From Bigelowiella natans CCMP2755 (taxonomy: Eukaryota > Protista > Cercozoa): a stretch of 54,065 nt of DNA. The position numbers and the translations under genes were made by a program. The notes below the pieces were generated by a model. The model made no database searches, had not been told where the DNA came from, and saw only the letters and a list, made by a program, of their open reading frames with translations. Below, piece after piece: positions 35,757 to 50,011 of the stretch (positions within the stretch are counted from its first letter, which is position 1; each line of letters opens with the position of its first letter). The stretch spans positions 1 to 54,065 of the forward strand of contig ADNK01002142.1 of NCBI GenBank assembly GCA_000320545.1. Direction: 5' to 3'.

Positions 35757-35935
35757 ACTACTGCGACTAGGACTTGTTTGTGTATGGAAGAAGGTGGTGG
35801 TGGTGGTGCTCGAACCCCACATCGTCTGCTCAAAGTTACTAGAGTATAGCTAAATAGATCGCTGCTAAGCATAGGGGAGGAGGGAGGAGCAGACTCTCTT
35901 CCCGTCCTAAATACAGATAAATTGGCCAGCAATAT

Positions 35936-36320
35936 ATGACAAAAGCACTTCAGCGGTGCCTACTCGGGCTGCTACCATTATCATCATCAGCGGCAGCAGC
36001 AGTAGCAGCAGCATTGTCATCACGGTTGAGGCTGAAGCAAGCTTGTGTCAGCTTCCTTGTCTTGGTTTTATTCCTAAGCATACTCGACAGTGGAAAAACA
36101 GGAGGAGGAGGAGGAGGAGGAGGACCCCTCCCCCTTGTTACCAACCGAGCAGTAGTGATACAACTCGAGGTCGACAAAATAGACAACAACAACAACAATA
36201 ATAATAATGCTAAAGAGAGTAGTGTTAATTCTTCGTCAGAGGCGGCAGTAGTTTCGACCCAGGTTGCCCCATTATTATCACGGCAATCATCCCCTGCTGC
36301 TGCTGCTGCTGCTGCTACTG

Positions 36321-36360
<40 letters not shown>

Positions 36361-36828
36361 GACTACTATACCGCCGTACATTATCATTGTAGACGCAGGG
36401 AGTACAGGAAACCGGGTGCATGTCTTTCGGGTACTACGACGACATGATAATGACGAACTGTTATATATCACCTGCTGTAAATCGTGGCGTCGTGTCCACC
36501 CGCTGTTACTATGACTTGTTGCACATTATTATGCCAAATTCTAATCAAGTTGATATATAAATGCATGACTTGTTCATCCTTATTATGTTGATATATAAAT
36601 ACATGACTTGTTCCTCCTTATTATGCCAAATTCTTATCAAGTTGATGATATATAATTAATGCTCTCCTTAATGAACAGGTGACGGCAGTAGACTTACCAT
36701 CTTCATTGTCATACAATGTATAACCCTTTATATTAAATCATTTTTTGCACTTAAACTACGGGAAGACCACCAATTTATTGTTGTTCTTAACTGAATAATT
36801 TCTGCTCTTTCATCCTATTCGGTCACAA

Positions 36829-36866
<38 letters not shown>

Positions 36867-37095
36867 AATATTGTTGTATAAATAGTAGTAACGATGACAG
36901 TGATGATAACAATAGTGAAATGCTAAGAATCTGTAAAAGACTTCCACGTCATCATGTTACTAATTTGGTGCTGCTGTCATGTATCTATCTCTTTTCATCA
37001 GCGACACGCCATTGAAGCTGTCTCTCCAGCAACCAAATTGAAGCCTCCTCTAGCTTCGTTCATTGATGAATTGACTGGAGAGGTGTCGTTATCAC

Positions 37096-37129
<34 letters not shown>

Positions 37130-37562
37130 GTCTATTGGACAAGTGCTAGATGCAGTACTCAATGTAGCGAATAAGCATGTTCCATATAGCTTGAGATCAC
37201 AGACGCCACTGCAAATTCTTGGTACTGCTGGAATGCGAAAGCACTCTGTCACGCATCAAAAGAATCTATGGACACTTTGTGCAGCATATGTTAAAGAGCA
37301 CTCAAATTATCTAAGCTCAAGTAGTAGTAGTAGTAGTAGTAGCAGTTCCAATCTCCGACGACATGAGTCGTACAGAACGCTATCAGGGATCGAGGAGGGT
37401 CAGTTTGCGTGGGTAAGTAATGATATCAATTTGACATCATCATCATCATCATCCATTTTTTCACTCGCGCACTCTTTCTTTTCCCCTCTCAGAAGCACAT
37501 ACATTATACAATTATCAACATAAGTCATATAGGCACAGCATTACTGTTCTATGATGAGGAGT

Positions 37563-37606
<44 letters not shown>

Positions 37607-37704
37607 TGTATTTGCGAGTCGTGTGTGGATTAAGTGGGAAACATTGATTCATTTACTTGTAGTTTGTTTACATATATTCAATTAATAGCTAAATATATGG
37701 TTGA

Positions 37705-37759
<55 letters not shown>

Positions 37760-38361
37760 GTATCTAAATATATTATATGACATGTTAATGAGACTGTGAT
37801 TTTTAGAACTCATGGCGATTGTTTCCCGATGTGTTATATCTTCTCCTTATTCCTTGTAGATGACAGTAAGATCGATGATGACTCATCATCATCATCACCA
37901 TTATCATCGTCATCGTCGTTCTCAAATAACAAACGATGACCACAGTAGTAGTAGTAGTAGTAGTATAAGTAGTAGTCCCTCCTCTTCCTCTTTGCCAGCA
38001 CCTATCAGTATGATAGATGTGGGAGGGGGTAGTGTGCAAATTGCCATGCCACGAAGTAATACACCAAGATGCGAAGATAAGAAGGACCAGCTATTACTTG
38101 ATCCATCATGTGCTCAATCCATTACTCTGATGGGTAGTAATAATTACGATATGATTATATTCGCATAATAATATGAAGAACTCAGTACTAAGTAACGAAT
38201 ACTACTGTATTATTGCACGTGAGATGGTGATGAGGTATATCAAGAAGAGAATTAGCTGTCTTCCCTCTTGTTGTTAGTTGTTGTTGTTGCTGCCAAATTT
38301 ATCAATTGAGACTACTCATGTATGGTACTTCTTTTGTGTTTTTCCTTGCTGCTATAGAAAG

Positions 38362-38396
<35 letters not shown>

Positions 38397-40056
38397 ATGT
38401 TGTTTGAAGGAGCTTGCTCCTTGAATATGTTCTTTAGGAGAGATTATAATGTTCTCCGACGCATCCTTCTTCTTCTTCCTCCTCAACCTGTTGTTCTTTG
38501 CATTGTTGTGACGCTCATTGCTGCAGGATTTGGTGCTGCTTTTTTCGAGAAAACGGTGAAAGAGTATCTAATAAGGAACAAGTTAGCGGATGATCATGAT
38601 GATGAAGATGGTGACACCATTATGTCTCCGTGCGCCTTTAAAGGTTTCAATGAGAGCTACCATCCTTTGTCTTCGTTGCCATCATCAGTATCAGCATCGG
38701 CATCAACGCTTCATTTTGTTGGGTATTATAAAATAATAATAATAATAATAATAACAAATTTGATGATAATCTTGGTGGATAATATAAAGGAAAACTAATG
38801 ATGGATGTAGTCGTACAGCAGGAGAGAGAATGATAGCATAGCTACACGTGGTGGTGGTGGTGGTGGTAGTAGTAATAGTAGTAGTACATGTGATTCTACT
38901 AGTATAGTAAAAGAAAAGGAGGAGTAAGATTATAAATCGCCATACTTAGAGTAGAGAGGAAAAGTTGGTCTAAATGATATTTTAAACAGAGACACCACAC
39001 ACTTGATGGTGGTGGACCTACACAAATAATAATAATATTCTCAGGAGAGGAAACTTCGAGGAATGTTTCCAGATTGTGTTTTCATGTATGGGTAGTAGTA
39101 TTAGTAGTAGTAGTAGTAGCAGTAGTCGGCACATAATGGACTCTAGTCAAGACAGTAGCAGCAGCATCATGGACAATCAAGACAATAAGGGAGGAGACTG
39201 GAAAGTACTCAGAAGGAACATAAGAGCACAGGCATAATATTTTGAAAATAATAATACAACTTATCACATCCACATATTGACACCTTATAAATAATAATAC
39301 AACATATCATATCCATCACCATATTGACACCTTATTGTCACTAATCAATAATAGTAACATCCTTTTTCTACTACATCTCCTTCTTTTTCTTCTTTTTCTT
39401 CTTGTTGTTGTGCGTTACTGCTTACTGTTCCACATCTTTTGCAGGTTGAAAACGGTGGTCATTTTATCGGGTTATCGATGCTGTTTCACCTTACCCATTT
39501 CCTATCCATTGTGTACCCTCACTCCATGAGCACCTTCCCTAACCCTACACTAGCAGAGATCAAATCTCATTCCAGAAAGTTGTGTCAAACTGATTGGAAC
39601 GAATTGAAAGAGAAGTATCAAGGCAAAGATCCATACACGCCAAAGGGTATGATGAAGGGACGCTGCTTCGATGCAGCACTTGTTGTTTCCTTGTTGCAAA
39701 ACTTTGGATTTTCAGAGGATGAGAGAGTCTTTACTTTCATCGTTGAGCGCAATGGTATTGAGGCCGACTGGACGTATGGGGCTGCATTGACGATCTTGCT
39801 TCAAGGGAAAGAAGAAGAAGAAGAAGAAGAGAACGTACATAATCAAGATCCAGCAGCAGCAGCATCAGCACCTCATAAACAACCAATATTGCATACAGAA
39901 GAAAGAGCAAAAGAGCGCACATTCCAAAGAACAACAACAACTTGGATCAGTCTGCCTTCAGTTATTTTCATGGCTGCGACTTTGGTGTGTTCAATCATCA
40001 CATCAAAGCGACTGTGGAAGCGCAATGCCTTGAAGCTCAGACATCAGGATGAATAA
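35936..40056 (+). CDS. GDA1/CD39 family NTPDase (apyrase) with N- and C-terminal TM segments, multi-exon
   Basis: Apyrase conserved regions: DAGSTGNR, GTAGMR, SGIEEGQFAW, DVGGGSVQ, WTYGA. Confidence 0.94.
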
Positions 40057-41267
40057 CACAAACCCTACTTATTGGAAAATGATACGTAATCATGTGGCTG
40101 CTGTACTAACAATGCGTGTATATAATAAATCTGAAGCTTAATATTCTTATTCACATGCGTTCATCGCAGTGCATTTATCAAAGCGACGATTCCTATACGC
40201 CGTACATATCACGTGCCATGCGCTAAAATACGTATTAAGACTACGAGGCTAATAAATCAGTTGCTGGATCAAGGGAAAGAAGATAACCACCTATCTGACC
40301 ACACTGTTGATGTACATGTTGTAATGGCGCTTGTCTAGCCTTATTCGCACTTATTATTGAGTCATAATAGCCATATGTCATAGCGCAGTTGTCAACATGA
40401 TGTACGTAGGCACGGTTATCCCAAATGAATCTACGACATACAAGCAACAATAGTGTATGTAGCACAATTTAAAAGCAGGTCGATCATTCAACAACAAGCA
40501 CTCATTCACGCTACGCATGTCATAGCAGGCAACTGGGTACGGTTGTGACTTGGTAAGACTTGCGATCTAAGTGTAGGCGAGGCAAGTGTAGACAGTAAGA
40601 CGCAACAATCATCTTCATCGATCACTGCATGACGTGGGATCGACGATGTGTTTCTGGAATTTTCTTGTTATTTGCTTGTTGTAAGTAAGATCATATTTAC
40701 ATGCGATGCCATGCTAGCATTGTCTTAGGAGATGATGTAATATCACTGTACATGTACGTGGGACGGATGTAATGAAGTGATTAAATCTTTTCAACGGTCA
40801 TACAAATGTAGCTATGCAAAACAGCGGCTACATATAAGTATACGTTGTAGCAATGGAAGTGTTGCACGTGCTTTGTTCACAACGAATGGTACGATCCAGC
40901 AGTGCCACATCACCGTAGCTATCATTTAATTGACCCACTTATTTGTATTTATATGATGAGACGGGTGTAATGATTTCTCTAAAATTTTTCAATTGTCATT
41001 TCATTGTAGCGATGCACATACACGTGTGCATGCATGCTATGTGTTGGTCAGAATGAATTAATGAGGAATATGGCCACATCGATGTACATAGTATGGTACA
41101 ACGGCAGAATCGTCTACGATCAGCACAACTGCAGCTGCCACTGACTCACTGTAGATGCATTTTTCAAAAGAATAAGTTGGTCAACCTACAACGTGTTTTT
41201 TTCCCTACTTACGTGACAAGCAACAATGGTAAATACAGTCTTTATTTGTTGATTCTTGAAATTAACA

Positions 41268-43040
41268 TTAAGCTATATGACACCGCCGTTTGGAAGGCTG
41301 TAGTGAATTATCATGCTTCTCCTTGTCCAGCCGCCTAATGTTGTTGCTTTGCGGAAATGGATTGGTCCCCCTAAGACGACTAACTTCAACAGATTTATGT
41401 TTTTTTTCCGAAGAACAATCATCAGGAGAACTACTACTACTACTACTATCTGTATTGCAGCAATCCAGGGTTGTTGTTTTACCGAAATAATCTGTATGAT
41501 GAATGGTACGTCGGCATGTTGCACTGACTATTGATTTGTGCAGCATCTCAACTTGGAGAAGATCCCGAGCAAGAGCACTCATCACTCTACGATCATCCTG
41601 TTGTTGTTGTTGTTGTTGTTGTTGAGAAAAGAGCTCATCATCATCACCATCACCATCATCTTTCTCACACTCTAACAATATATCGATATCGACTACTACT
41701 ACTACTACTACTACTACTGCTGCTGCTACTACATACGAACGTCGTACCCCGACTTTCCATATTGTAAAGCGTGTAATCCGATCCATAGGCCTATCTTCAT
41801 CCATTGTCATATCATATATAAAGTCCTCTCGAGTCTTAGATAAAACAAATGTTCCGCCGTCCTTTGAGAATAGAAAGTTCATTGAACGAACGTCTCGTCC
41901 TCCCATATTAGCTGCACGATGATTTCGAGGATTGACATCATGTGGGTTATCATCCACTACCTGCAACAATTTACTAGAGGTAATATTCCATATTTTTACT
42001 TTTCTGTCGCTGAAACTTGCTGAGGCCAAAACTCTTGAGTCCATTGGGCAAAATTTAATGATCCAAGGCGTAACTGTTTTGACCGAAAATATGCATGAAG
42101 CAGGAGCATTTACTGGTGCCGTCTTCAAATTCCAGACTTTAATATAGGCTATTCTCTGCGTTAAACCCATCTGGTGGTGACTACGACGAGCCTCAGCATC
42201 CTCGACAACAACTGCGGCTATAGAAGAACAGTCCTTAGAAAATACAACGGGTCCCTCAAAACACATGTTTCTATCTATAATTTTTATTTTATGGACGATT
42301 CTTAACTCCTCAGTGCCACGAATTTGCAATTCTTTTCTATACCAATGAGCAAATTTGGATCCATCAGAGGAAAGACGACAGCACTGCTGCTGCTGTTCTC
42401 CGGAAAACGACCGCCCCCCTCCCAGATCAATCACTTTTCGTTTTGAATCTTTCTTGAAAGCATCTTTAAATTCAATCCAATACTTAAAGTTCCCACCACC
42501 TTGGTACACACCTTTCATAGCAATCGTGGTATCTGTAGTGAAAAATACACGATCTACACCATCACGGGTAAATGTTTTGAGTAGAGACCGCTCCATGATA
42601 TCCCAGATTTTAATGATGTAGTTGATGGACATAGATACCAATAATTTGCCGTCCATAGAGAAGGAGAGGTTTGTCACAGTACGCGTGTGCCTTCCTAAGC
42701 AACAACCACACGGCTGCTGCTGCTGCAGCTGCTGCTGCTGCTGCTGCTGCGTGTTGTCACCAGCAGACTCCGAAGAGGAGTAAATGTTCCATATTTTAAT
42801 TGAATGATTTTGTCCAACAGAAGCAATGATCCTTCCAAGGGGAGAAATTGCACATACACCACGAGCACCTGGATTTTTCTCATCATAGAAGGAGGAGAGA
42901 GGTCTTAGCAGGGTATTAGACATCTGCTCATAATAGCACCTCTCTGGGGTAGTAGTAGTAGTAGTAGGTCTATCTTGTGCTGCTGTGGAGGAGGGCCCCT
43001 CAATTTTTACGAGTTGATTTCTTCTAGTTTTTCCTTCCAT
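41268..43040 (-). CDS. WD40-repeat protein, single long ORF
   Basis: ISPLGRIIASVGQNHSIKIWN, HTRTVTNLSFSMDGKLLVS..IKIWD, LASASFSDRKVKIWN; homopolymer tracts from SSRs. Confidence 0.88.
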   Translation of the reverse strand: MEGKTRRNQLVKIEGPSSTAAQDRPTTTTTTPERCYYEQMSNTLLRPLSSFYDEKNPGARGVCAISPLGRIIASVGQNHSIKIWNIYSSSESAGDNTQQQQQQQLQQQQPCGCCLGRHTRTVTNLSFSMDGKLLVSMSINYIIKIWDIMERSLLKTFTRDGVDRVFFTTDTTIAMKGVYQGGGNFKYWIEFKDAFKKDSKRKVIDLGGGRSFSGEQQQQCCRLSSDGSKFAHWYRKELQIRGTEELRIVHKIKIIDRNMCFEGPVVFSKDCSSIAAVVVEDAEARRSHHQMGLTQRIAYIKVWNLKTAPVNAPASCIFSVKTVTPWIIKFCPMDSRVLASASFSDRKVKIWNITSSKLLQVVDDNPHDVNPRNHRAANMGGRDVRSMNFLFSKDGGTFVLSKTREDFIYDMTMDEDRPMDRITRFTIWKVGVRRSYVVAAAVVVVVVVVVDIDILLECEKDDGDGDDDELFSQQQQQQQQQDDRRVMSALARDLLQVEMLHKSIVSATCRRTIHHTDYFGKTTTLDCCNTDSSSSSSSPDDCSSEKKHKSVEVSRLRGTNPFPQSNNIRRLDKEKHDNSLQPSKRRCHIA

Positions 43041-43259
43041 GTTTACAACCCCATGGTAGTCAAGTTGTTGTTGCTGAACGTTTCTGCCTATAGATACCGA
43101 CCCTGCTGCACTTGTGACAATGCTGTCTTTTCTTATTTTTCTCTATGATGTACTACTGTGTGTTCCTCGCATCTGCTGCTATAAGCTGCTTGCGGCTTGA
43201 TTCGATGGTAATGACGATGAGTAATGTGCTCTGCGGAGGGAGGAGCAGAAGAAAATTTG

Positions 43260-43380
43260 ACCGGAACCCAACCCAGTACTTTCGGAGCCCAGTTCCTCAA
43301 CTCGGAATCCAACTGGTAGTTTCGGAATCCATATCCTATCTCGGAACCTAAATCGGTAGCTTCGGAACCCAGATCCAAAC
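43260..43380. repeat. ~20-bp-period minisatellite (TCGGAAYCCA core) in a divergent intergenic region
   Basis: cggaaccca/cggagccca/cggaatcca/cggaaccta recur about every 19-21 bp, six times. Confidence 0.75.
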
Positions 43381-43602
43381 AAATTCTGTGAGAGCCGGTC
43401 GCTGCCTGGCAGATGTGGCGGAACAGGTTACATTGCTTCTTTGGGGTCAGTGCACCTCCCATATCTCTGCTTGGGTTCGTAAAGAAGAACGAGGGAGAGG
43501 GGGTAGATCAAGAGCAAAACTACAACCACTTCTATTAGTGGTAAGTAAGCAGACCACGGCAAATCAACGTTGATATTCGCTCCTCCTCCACTGTCCAAAC
43601 TG

Positions 43603-43903
43603 ATGCATGGCTCGGTAAAATGTGAAGGAAGGAGGCGGCTTCGGTATACGCTCCATAATGGCATTTTGATAGTAATTCTTACAACAATTCTACTTTGCCG
43701 TTTCCAACTAGATGATAAATACAACATTGGAAGTAGTGAAAAACATGATGATAATGATGCCTCCTCCTCCATAAGGAGGAGAGTCACGACCCAAGAGAAT
43801 ACCTTCTTGTCGAAATGGGTCAGTAATTCTATCAAACAAGAATTTGTACGAAGAGATGTATATAGGAACTTAAAAGCAGATTTGTATGGGGGTGGTGGTG
43901 GAG

Positions 43904-43939
<36 letters not shown>

Positions 43940-46045
43940 AAAAACAGCAGCAGCCTCATCATCATCATATTTCGACGGGTAGTAGTAGTAATAGCAAAAG
44001 GAAACATAGTAGCACCACAGGAGGAGGAGGAGTAGGAGAAGGAGGAGGAGGAGGACCCCCACATGATGATGATGATGATGGTGATGGTGATCGTCGCGGG
44101 GTTATCATGAGTGAAGGAAAGCGAGCGAGGACCGAATCAGCAACACGCGACTTGGCAGTTCAAGGAAGCTCATCATGTGATAATAATAATAAGGCCTTTT
44201 CATCGTCATTAGAAGGAGAAGAAGAAGAAGAGAATATGATCGGGTGTGAAGACGACTTGGTCAGCAGCGATCTTGTTGAGCAGCAGCAGCAGCAGAATCA
44301 TGATAATAACTGTTGGGCAAGATCTACTCCATCCATCAAAGCTCAAAGGCCTCCAGAATGGCTCGAAAAACCAGCAGCAGCATTGCCGCACCCATGGCAG
44401 CGTGCAATAGATCATTGGAAGCAGATATTCTACTGGTATAATCCTCAAACGGGAGAAAAACGTCTCACTTTTCCTGATACTACTGCTGCAGAAGTAGTAG
44501 GACGAGAATCTGAGCCCCCCCCTCCTCCTCCCTATCCAAATATCACGACTCTGCAACACGATTTGCCCAAAAAATCGCAATTTTTGTTTTTGATGGGGGC
44601 GGTGAGGCCTGAGATGAAAAGGAATTGCAAGTTTTATTTTGGCAATAAAAGCACGTCATTAGGCATTGTGCATAGAGTATATGCTGTGGAGCAATTAGGG
44701 TCAGGACGTTGGAAATTTAACAAGGTTACTTTCCAACCGGATACATCTTTAGAATACCCTATGGGTACTCCATTTGAAATCACAATGGATGTAGATGAAA
44801 GGGATCGAAGAATGGCAAAGAAACGTCAGATTGAGCAATCATTAGCTGGATACCGTACACTTACCATTGCAGGGAATGGGTATCGTGGCTACTTTGATTC
44901 TCCTTTAGGAAGCAATGCGACATTCAATCGGCCAACACGATTATGTGTTGATGAGTTTGAGGGAAATCTTCTCGTTGCAGACACACTAAATCATGCCATT
45001 CGGAGAGTAAACATTGAAGAAGGCGCTGTGACTACGTTAGCTGGATTTGGTTCTACTCCAGGTATACTACAGTCTGATGATGATGATGATGATGATGATG
45101 ATGACAAATGGCCACAGTGTGTGATTCTAGACAATAACAAACACGTGTATGTGTATTCATAGTGTGACAGCAGTATGATCGTTTCTGAAGTAATAATGAC
45201 ACTGTAGAATCATTAGTAGAATTGACACTGTAGAATCATTAGTAGAATTGTCTGCTGTGTCTCCCCCACTGGTTTGATTGTTGCGTCGGTGTGTGTTTTG
45301 TTCTCCTCTGTTATTATCATATATATCAAATATCATTAAGGCTACCAAGACGGCAGTGTACTCGAGGCCCGATTTCGCATGCCATACAGCGTCGCTATAA
45401 ACTCAAAAAGGGATATATTTGTTGCCGACACGTATAACAATGTGATCAGAAAGATTGATTTGATAACAGGGCAGGTTACAACCATTGCGGGAGGAGGAGG
45501 AGGAGGAGGAGGAGGAGGAGGAGGAGGAGGCATTAGTAATAGTAGTAGTAGTAGTAGTAATAATGAATCAAGAGTAGCAGCAAGAGGAGGAGGAGGAGGG
45601 ATGATAGGAATCAAACACAGGGATGGAGTTAGTACTCGCTCAATATTCGCACATCCTTATGATCTTGCTATTGACTCAAAGGACAACATTTACGTAGCTG
45701 ACAAACTTAACTCTCGAATACGAAAAATATCACCATCGTTAAACGTTACCACTTTCATTGGAAACGGACATTTGGGGTACAAAGACGGCATGCTTCTTTC
45801 TTCGATGTCACCCCCATCAGAGTTGTTCCCAGAGTTGATTCTCAAGGATTTTGGATTTTTTGCCGTTGATTCAGTCGCAATCGATAGGCAGAAAGATATT
45901 ATCTACGCAGCCTCTGCATTTGAAGATCACACTATCAGAATGATTACCCCAAATGGCAACGTCACCTCGTATGCAGGCAAAGACTATAGAGGCAATGAAG
46001 ATGGGTTAGGCACAAGCGCAAGTTTTGAAGTCATTCGATCATTAG

Positions 46046-46083
<38 letters not shown>

Positions 46084-47109
46084 TGACGGAGTAGTTATCA
46101 CGTTTATATGGAACGATGATGCATGTTCAAAACGTGTACCACCGAATCACTAGATCATTGAAGAAAGGGAGAATCAATCCATCCTCAAATCAATTCGTGT
46201 CTTGTTTTATTGTCGGCTGCTGCTGCTTCTGGCTAACTTTAAAAAGTAGTCGAAATAATACTAGTTGTGTGTGTTTGTGTGTGTTTCCATTGCTTGTTGT
46301 TCTTACTTACCTACTACTACAACTACTACAACTACTACTACTACTACTACTACTTAGGTCGACTCGAAAGGAAACTTATTTGTTGCGGATTCTATCACAA
46401 ATACCATTCGTCGTATTTCTCCAGACAAGGAAGTGGTGACGTTTGCTGGAGATGGATATATACCAGGAGGGTGGGTTGATGGAAAAGCTTCACAAGCTAG
46501 ATTTGATCAGCCATTTGGTGTATGTGTGGACAAATTTGACCGTTTGTTTGTTAGCGACACAACAAACAACAAAATCAGACAACTGTCCAGGAAAAATCCC
46601 AAAAATTGGAGATACTCTGATATCTACGGTGCAGGCATGCAAATAACGAAGAAACTTTCCCAAGACTACGACGAGGGGATTCAAAAAGCAGTTGTTAGCA
46701 GCGACGAAGGTAGTAGTATTATGCAAGTAAAGATGTGTGACAATGAATGAATTTATCCTGTAGTTGATAAAATTGATGTGATTTCTTCTTTCTCACTCTG
46801 CTGCTGCTGCTGTCTATATCGTAGATATCACTCAAACTGATCAGAGAAGTACTACTGGAAAAGAATTTATCAAAGCAGGCAATAAGGTTACTTCAGCTGC
46901 GGTGCAGTGAGGGGTTGTGGGGTGATCAGCACAGCAAAAATTGCACGAATGCTGTCAAAATATGATGTAATGATGTAGTAATATGAGTATCTTCTTCCTT
47001 TTTACCTCTGGTCATTGTTTTCGTGAAATATCAAATCTAATGCCTCTTTCTTGCGCTGCTAGATCAGATTTTCAATATTAGCTCCTCTCTTCCTCTTCTT
47101 CCTCCTACG

Positions 47110-47146
<37 letters not shown>

Positions 47147-47376
47147 ATTGGAAGATTGTGGATGATTGAAAGTAAATTAAACAAAATTCCATATTAAAAG
47201 GTGGTGTATCTTGGACCTTTACTTGAAGATCAGGAGTTAGTAGAGGTCAGTAACTACCTGATGTGTAGCACCACCACCACCACCACCACCACCGAACAAC
47301 AACAACAACATCAACAACAACAAGGGGTGATGTAGAAGAATAGAAACTACTTCCGTTTGTCTGTCCTCCACCACCG

Positions 47377-47409
<33 letters not shown>

Positions 47410-47976
47410 TGAACAACAACAAAAGAGGTGATGTAGAAGAATAGATACTACTTCCATTTGTCTGTCATCATCCTCACCACCCATAAAATATAATGTATTT
47501 TAGTATTTACTACCCAATATCTTTGCTGTCATCATCATCATCATCATCATCATCATCAATGCACAAGTTGTCGTAGTTTGTTGTCATCACCATCATCATC
47601 GTCAATGCACAGGTCGTCGAGGTCAACTACAACTCTGAAGAAGGGAATGTATTAATAAAACACTATGATTATCCTGAGGACAAGTTGCAAGAGGTCACCT
47701 GCTCTTTGATGTAGTTAGTAGTTACCCATTAATAATGTTAATAATAATAATAATAATAATAATAAAAATAGTGATAATATTGATAATAAGAGGACCTATT
47801 ATTATAAAGAGAGATTCCTCGACTAATATATTGATATATGGCATGGATTGTTGGAAATCATTCCATCATTTTTTCTAAGAAGAAGAAGAAGGCGGAGTAG
47901 ATTGGGTGGTAGTCATTATAACGAACAGAAAAGAGTCGATCATTGTAATTAGTAGTAGTTGTAGTATCAAATGCTG

Positions 47977-48056
<80 letters not shown>

Positions 48057-49102
48057 TCATCATCATTCCCCACATAATCATCATACTCATCATCATACTC
48101 TTCATCATACTCATCATCATACTCTTCATCATCATACTCTTGATCAGGTTCATGAAAGCTATCTTGGTCCTGCAGAAGACTATGAGCAAAACGATCAATT
48201 AGCAGCACCAAAAGATATTGTATGCACTACTACTACTACTACTACTACTACTACCATTGTTATTTGTTATTTCCATCCCACTCTTCTTCCTCCTCCTCCT
48301 CTGCCTCTTCCTTCTTTCCCACTTGCATAGTCTAGATAGTACCGTGAATAAAGTATGCCGGCATATGTGATAACAGAATAACAATATAATAGTTTGTTTG
48401 GTTTGTGGATCGAACATAGTTATTTTATCAAACAACAACGAGGAAGTCTTAGAGCTGCTGTTGCTTGCTGCTACTACTTTTTCTATGATTCACTAGCATT
48501 GGATAGTATCTGATATTAGGGTGATAATCATCAAAAATATCAGGACAAAATTGATTCGTCATCATCACAATGGCATGGTGTATATCCTACCCCAAAGCCA
48601 ACAACTCCTAAAGTTATATCTCATCAACATCTAGAATGGGTACTACTACTAGTAGTGGTAGTAGTGGTAGCAGTTCTTCAGATGTAGTATATCTTGGATG
48701 GATTGACCATCTCAAACCTACACACCAAGCTATCATTGTGTCGTTGTTCCTTTATTATTATTATTATTATTATCATTATTATTATTCTCTACCAATAATG
48801 ATGATGACGATGATGATGGTTGTGACGTTGATGAAATACACCGAAGAAAGAAGACACTTCTAATTTTATATGGAAGACTAGGGTTTTGATAGCTTTTCTT
48901 TGCGCTTCTTGCTCAATGTGTGTTGGCTATTCATTGGTGTGAATTTCTAATAAATGATGCTCTTTTCTTCTTATTATTTGGGTTGTTTGTTGTTGTTGAT
49001 TTTGCTGCTGTCATGATCGACCATAGAACCCATATGAAAACTTAGATCAGGATAACCTTCTGGTAATAATAATAGTGATTGTAGTCATATTTAATGATAG
49101 CA

Positions 49103-49136
<34 letters not shown>

Positions 49137-49203
49137 GGAGGAGAACACCAGAGAAAAATTAGGAAAATATAACTACGTGAAGAAGTGTGAGAGAATAATC
49201 GGA

Positions 49204-49236
<33 letters not shown>

Positions 49237-49354
49237 CTAGAGTATGAGGTTGTTGTTGATTCTATTTATTAAAGGTTAGCAAATTGGGAGATCGAACGAC
49301 GGAAGTACCAAAAGCTGCTAATCGGTTTGGATCATACAGAGGAAAGGTGAAGAT

Positions 49355-49387
<33 letters not shown>

Positions 49388-49977
49388 GTCAACACAGCAG
49401 CAGCAACACTCATACGTATAAACAACACACACACAATTTCCAACAACAAACAACTTGGTTTGGTGACTAACAGTACTTCGATGCTCATGGAAATGAAATT
49501 TCAATGGATTTTCAAGTGAATGCAGAGCAGCGAGTACTGGATCCCATGAAGGTTCTGATTTTGCAGCAAACGATTTATTATAATGACAATATCCATGAGG
49601 ATAGCCATCATAACGCCATCATAATTGATGATGATGATGATGATGAAACCCTCTCTAATAGTACTACTTTGGAATTCTACATGGTCATCATCCATATTTT
49701 GATATTATTCAATTTGTTTTGTTTTTGAAACACCACAATTTAGCAAATTAGTAGCACTAGATTGTTAGTTTATTATTTATTTCATTGTAGTGACCATTTT
49801 GACAGGAAAGCGAGCGCCAAAATGATACGATAATGATTCATTGATGATCAGAATATTATTAATATTGTTATTATTGTTGTAAGGTATATACTGGAGGCAC
49901 AAAAGAGTATGCAAGAGTTGAAGCAATAGGAAAGGAGATGAAGGATCCCTTCCATTTTGAAATTCCTCCTCAGGTGC

Positions 49978-50011
<34 letters not shown>

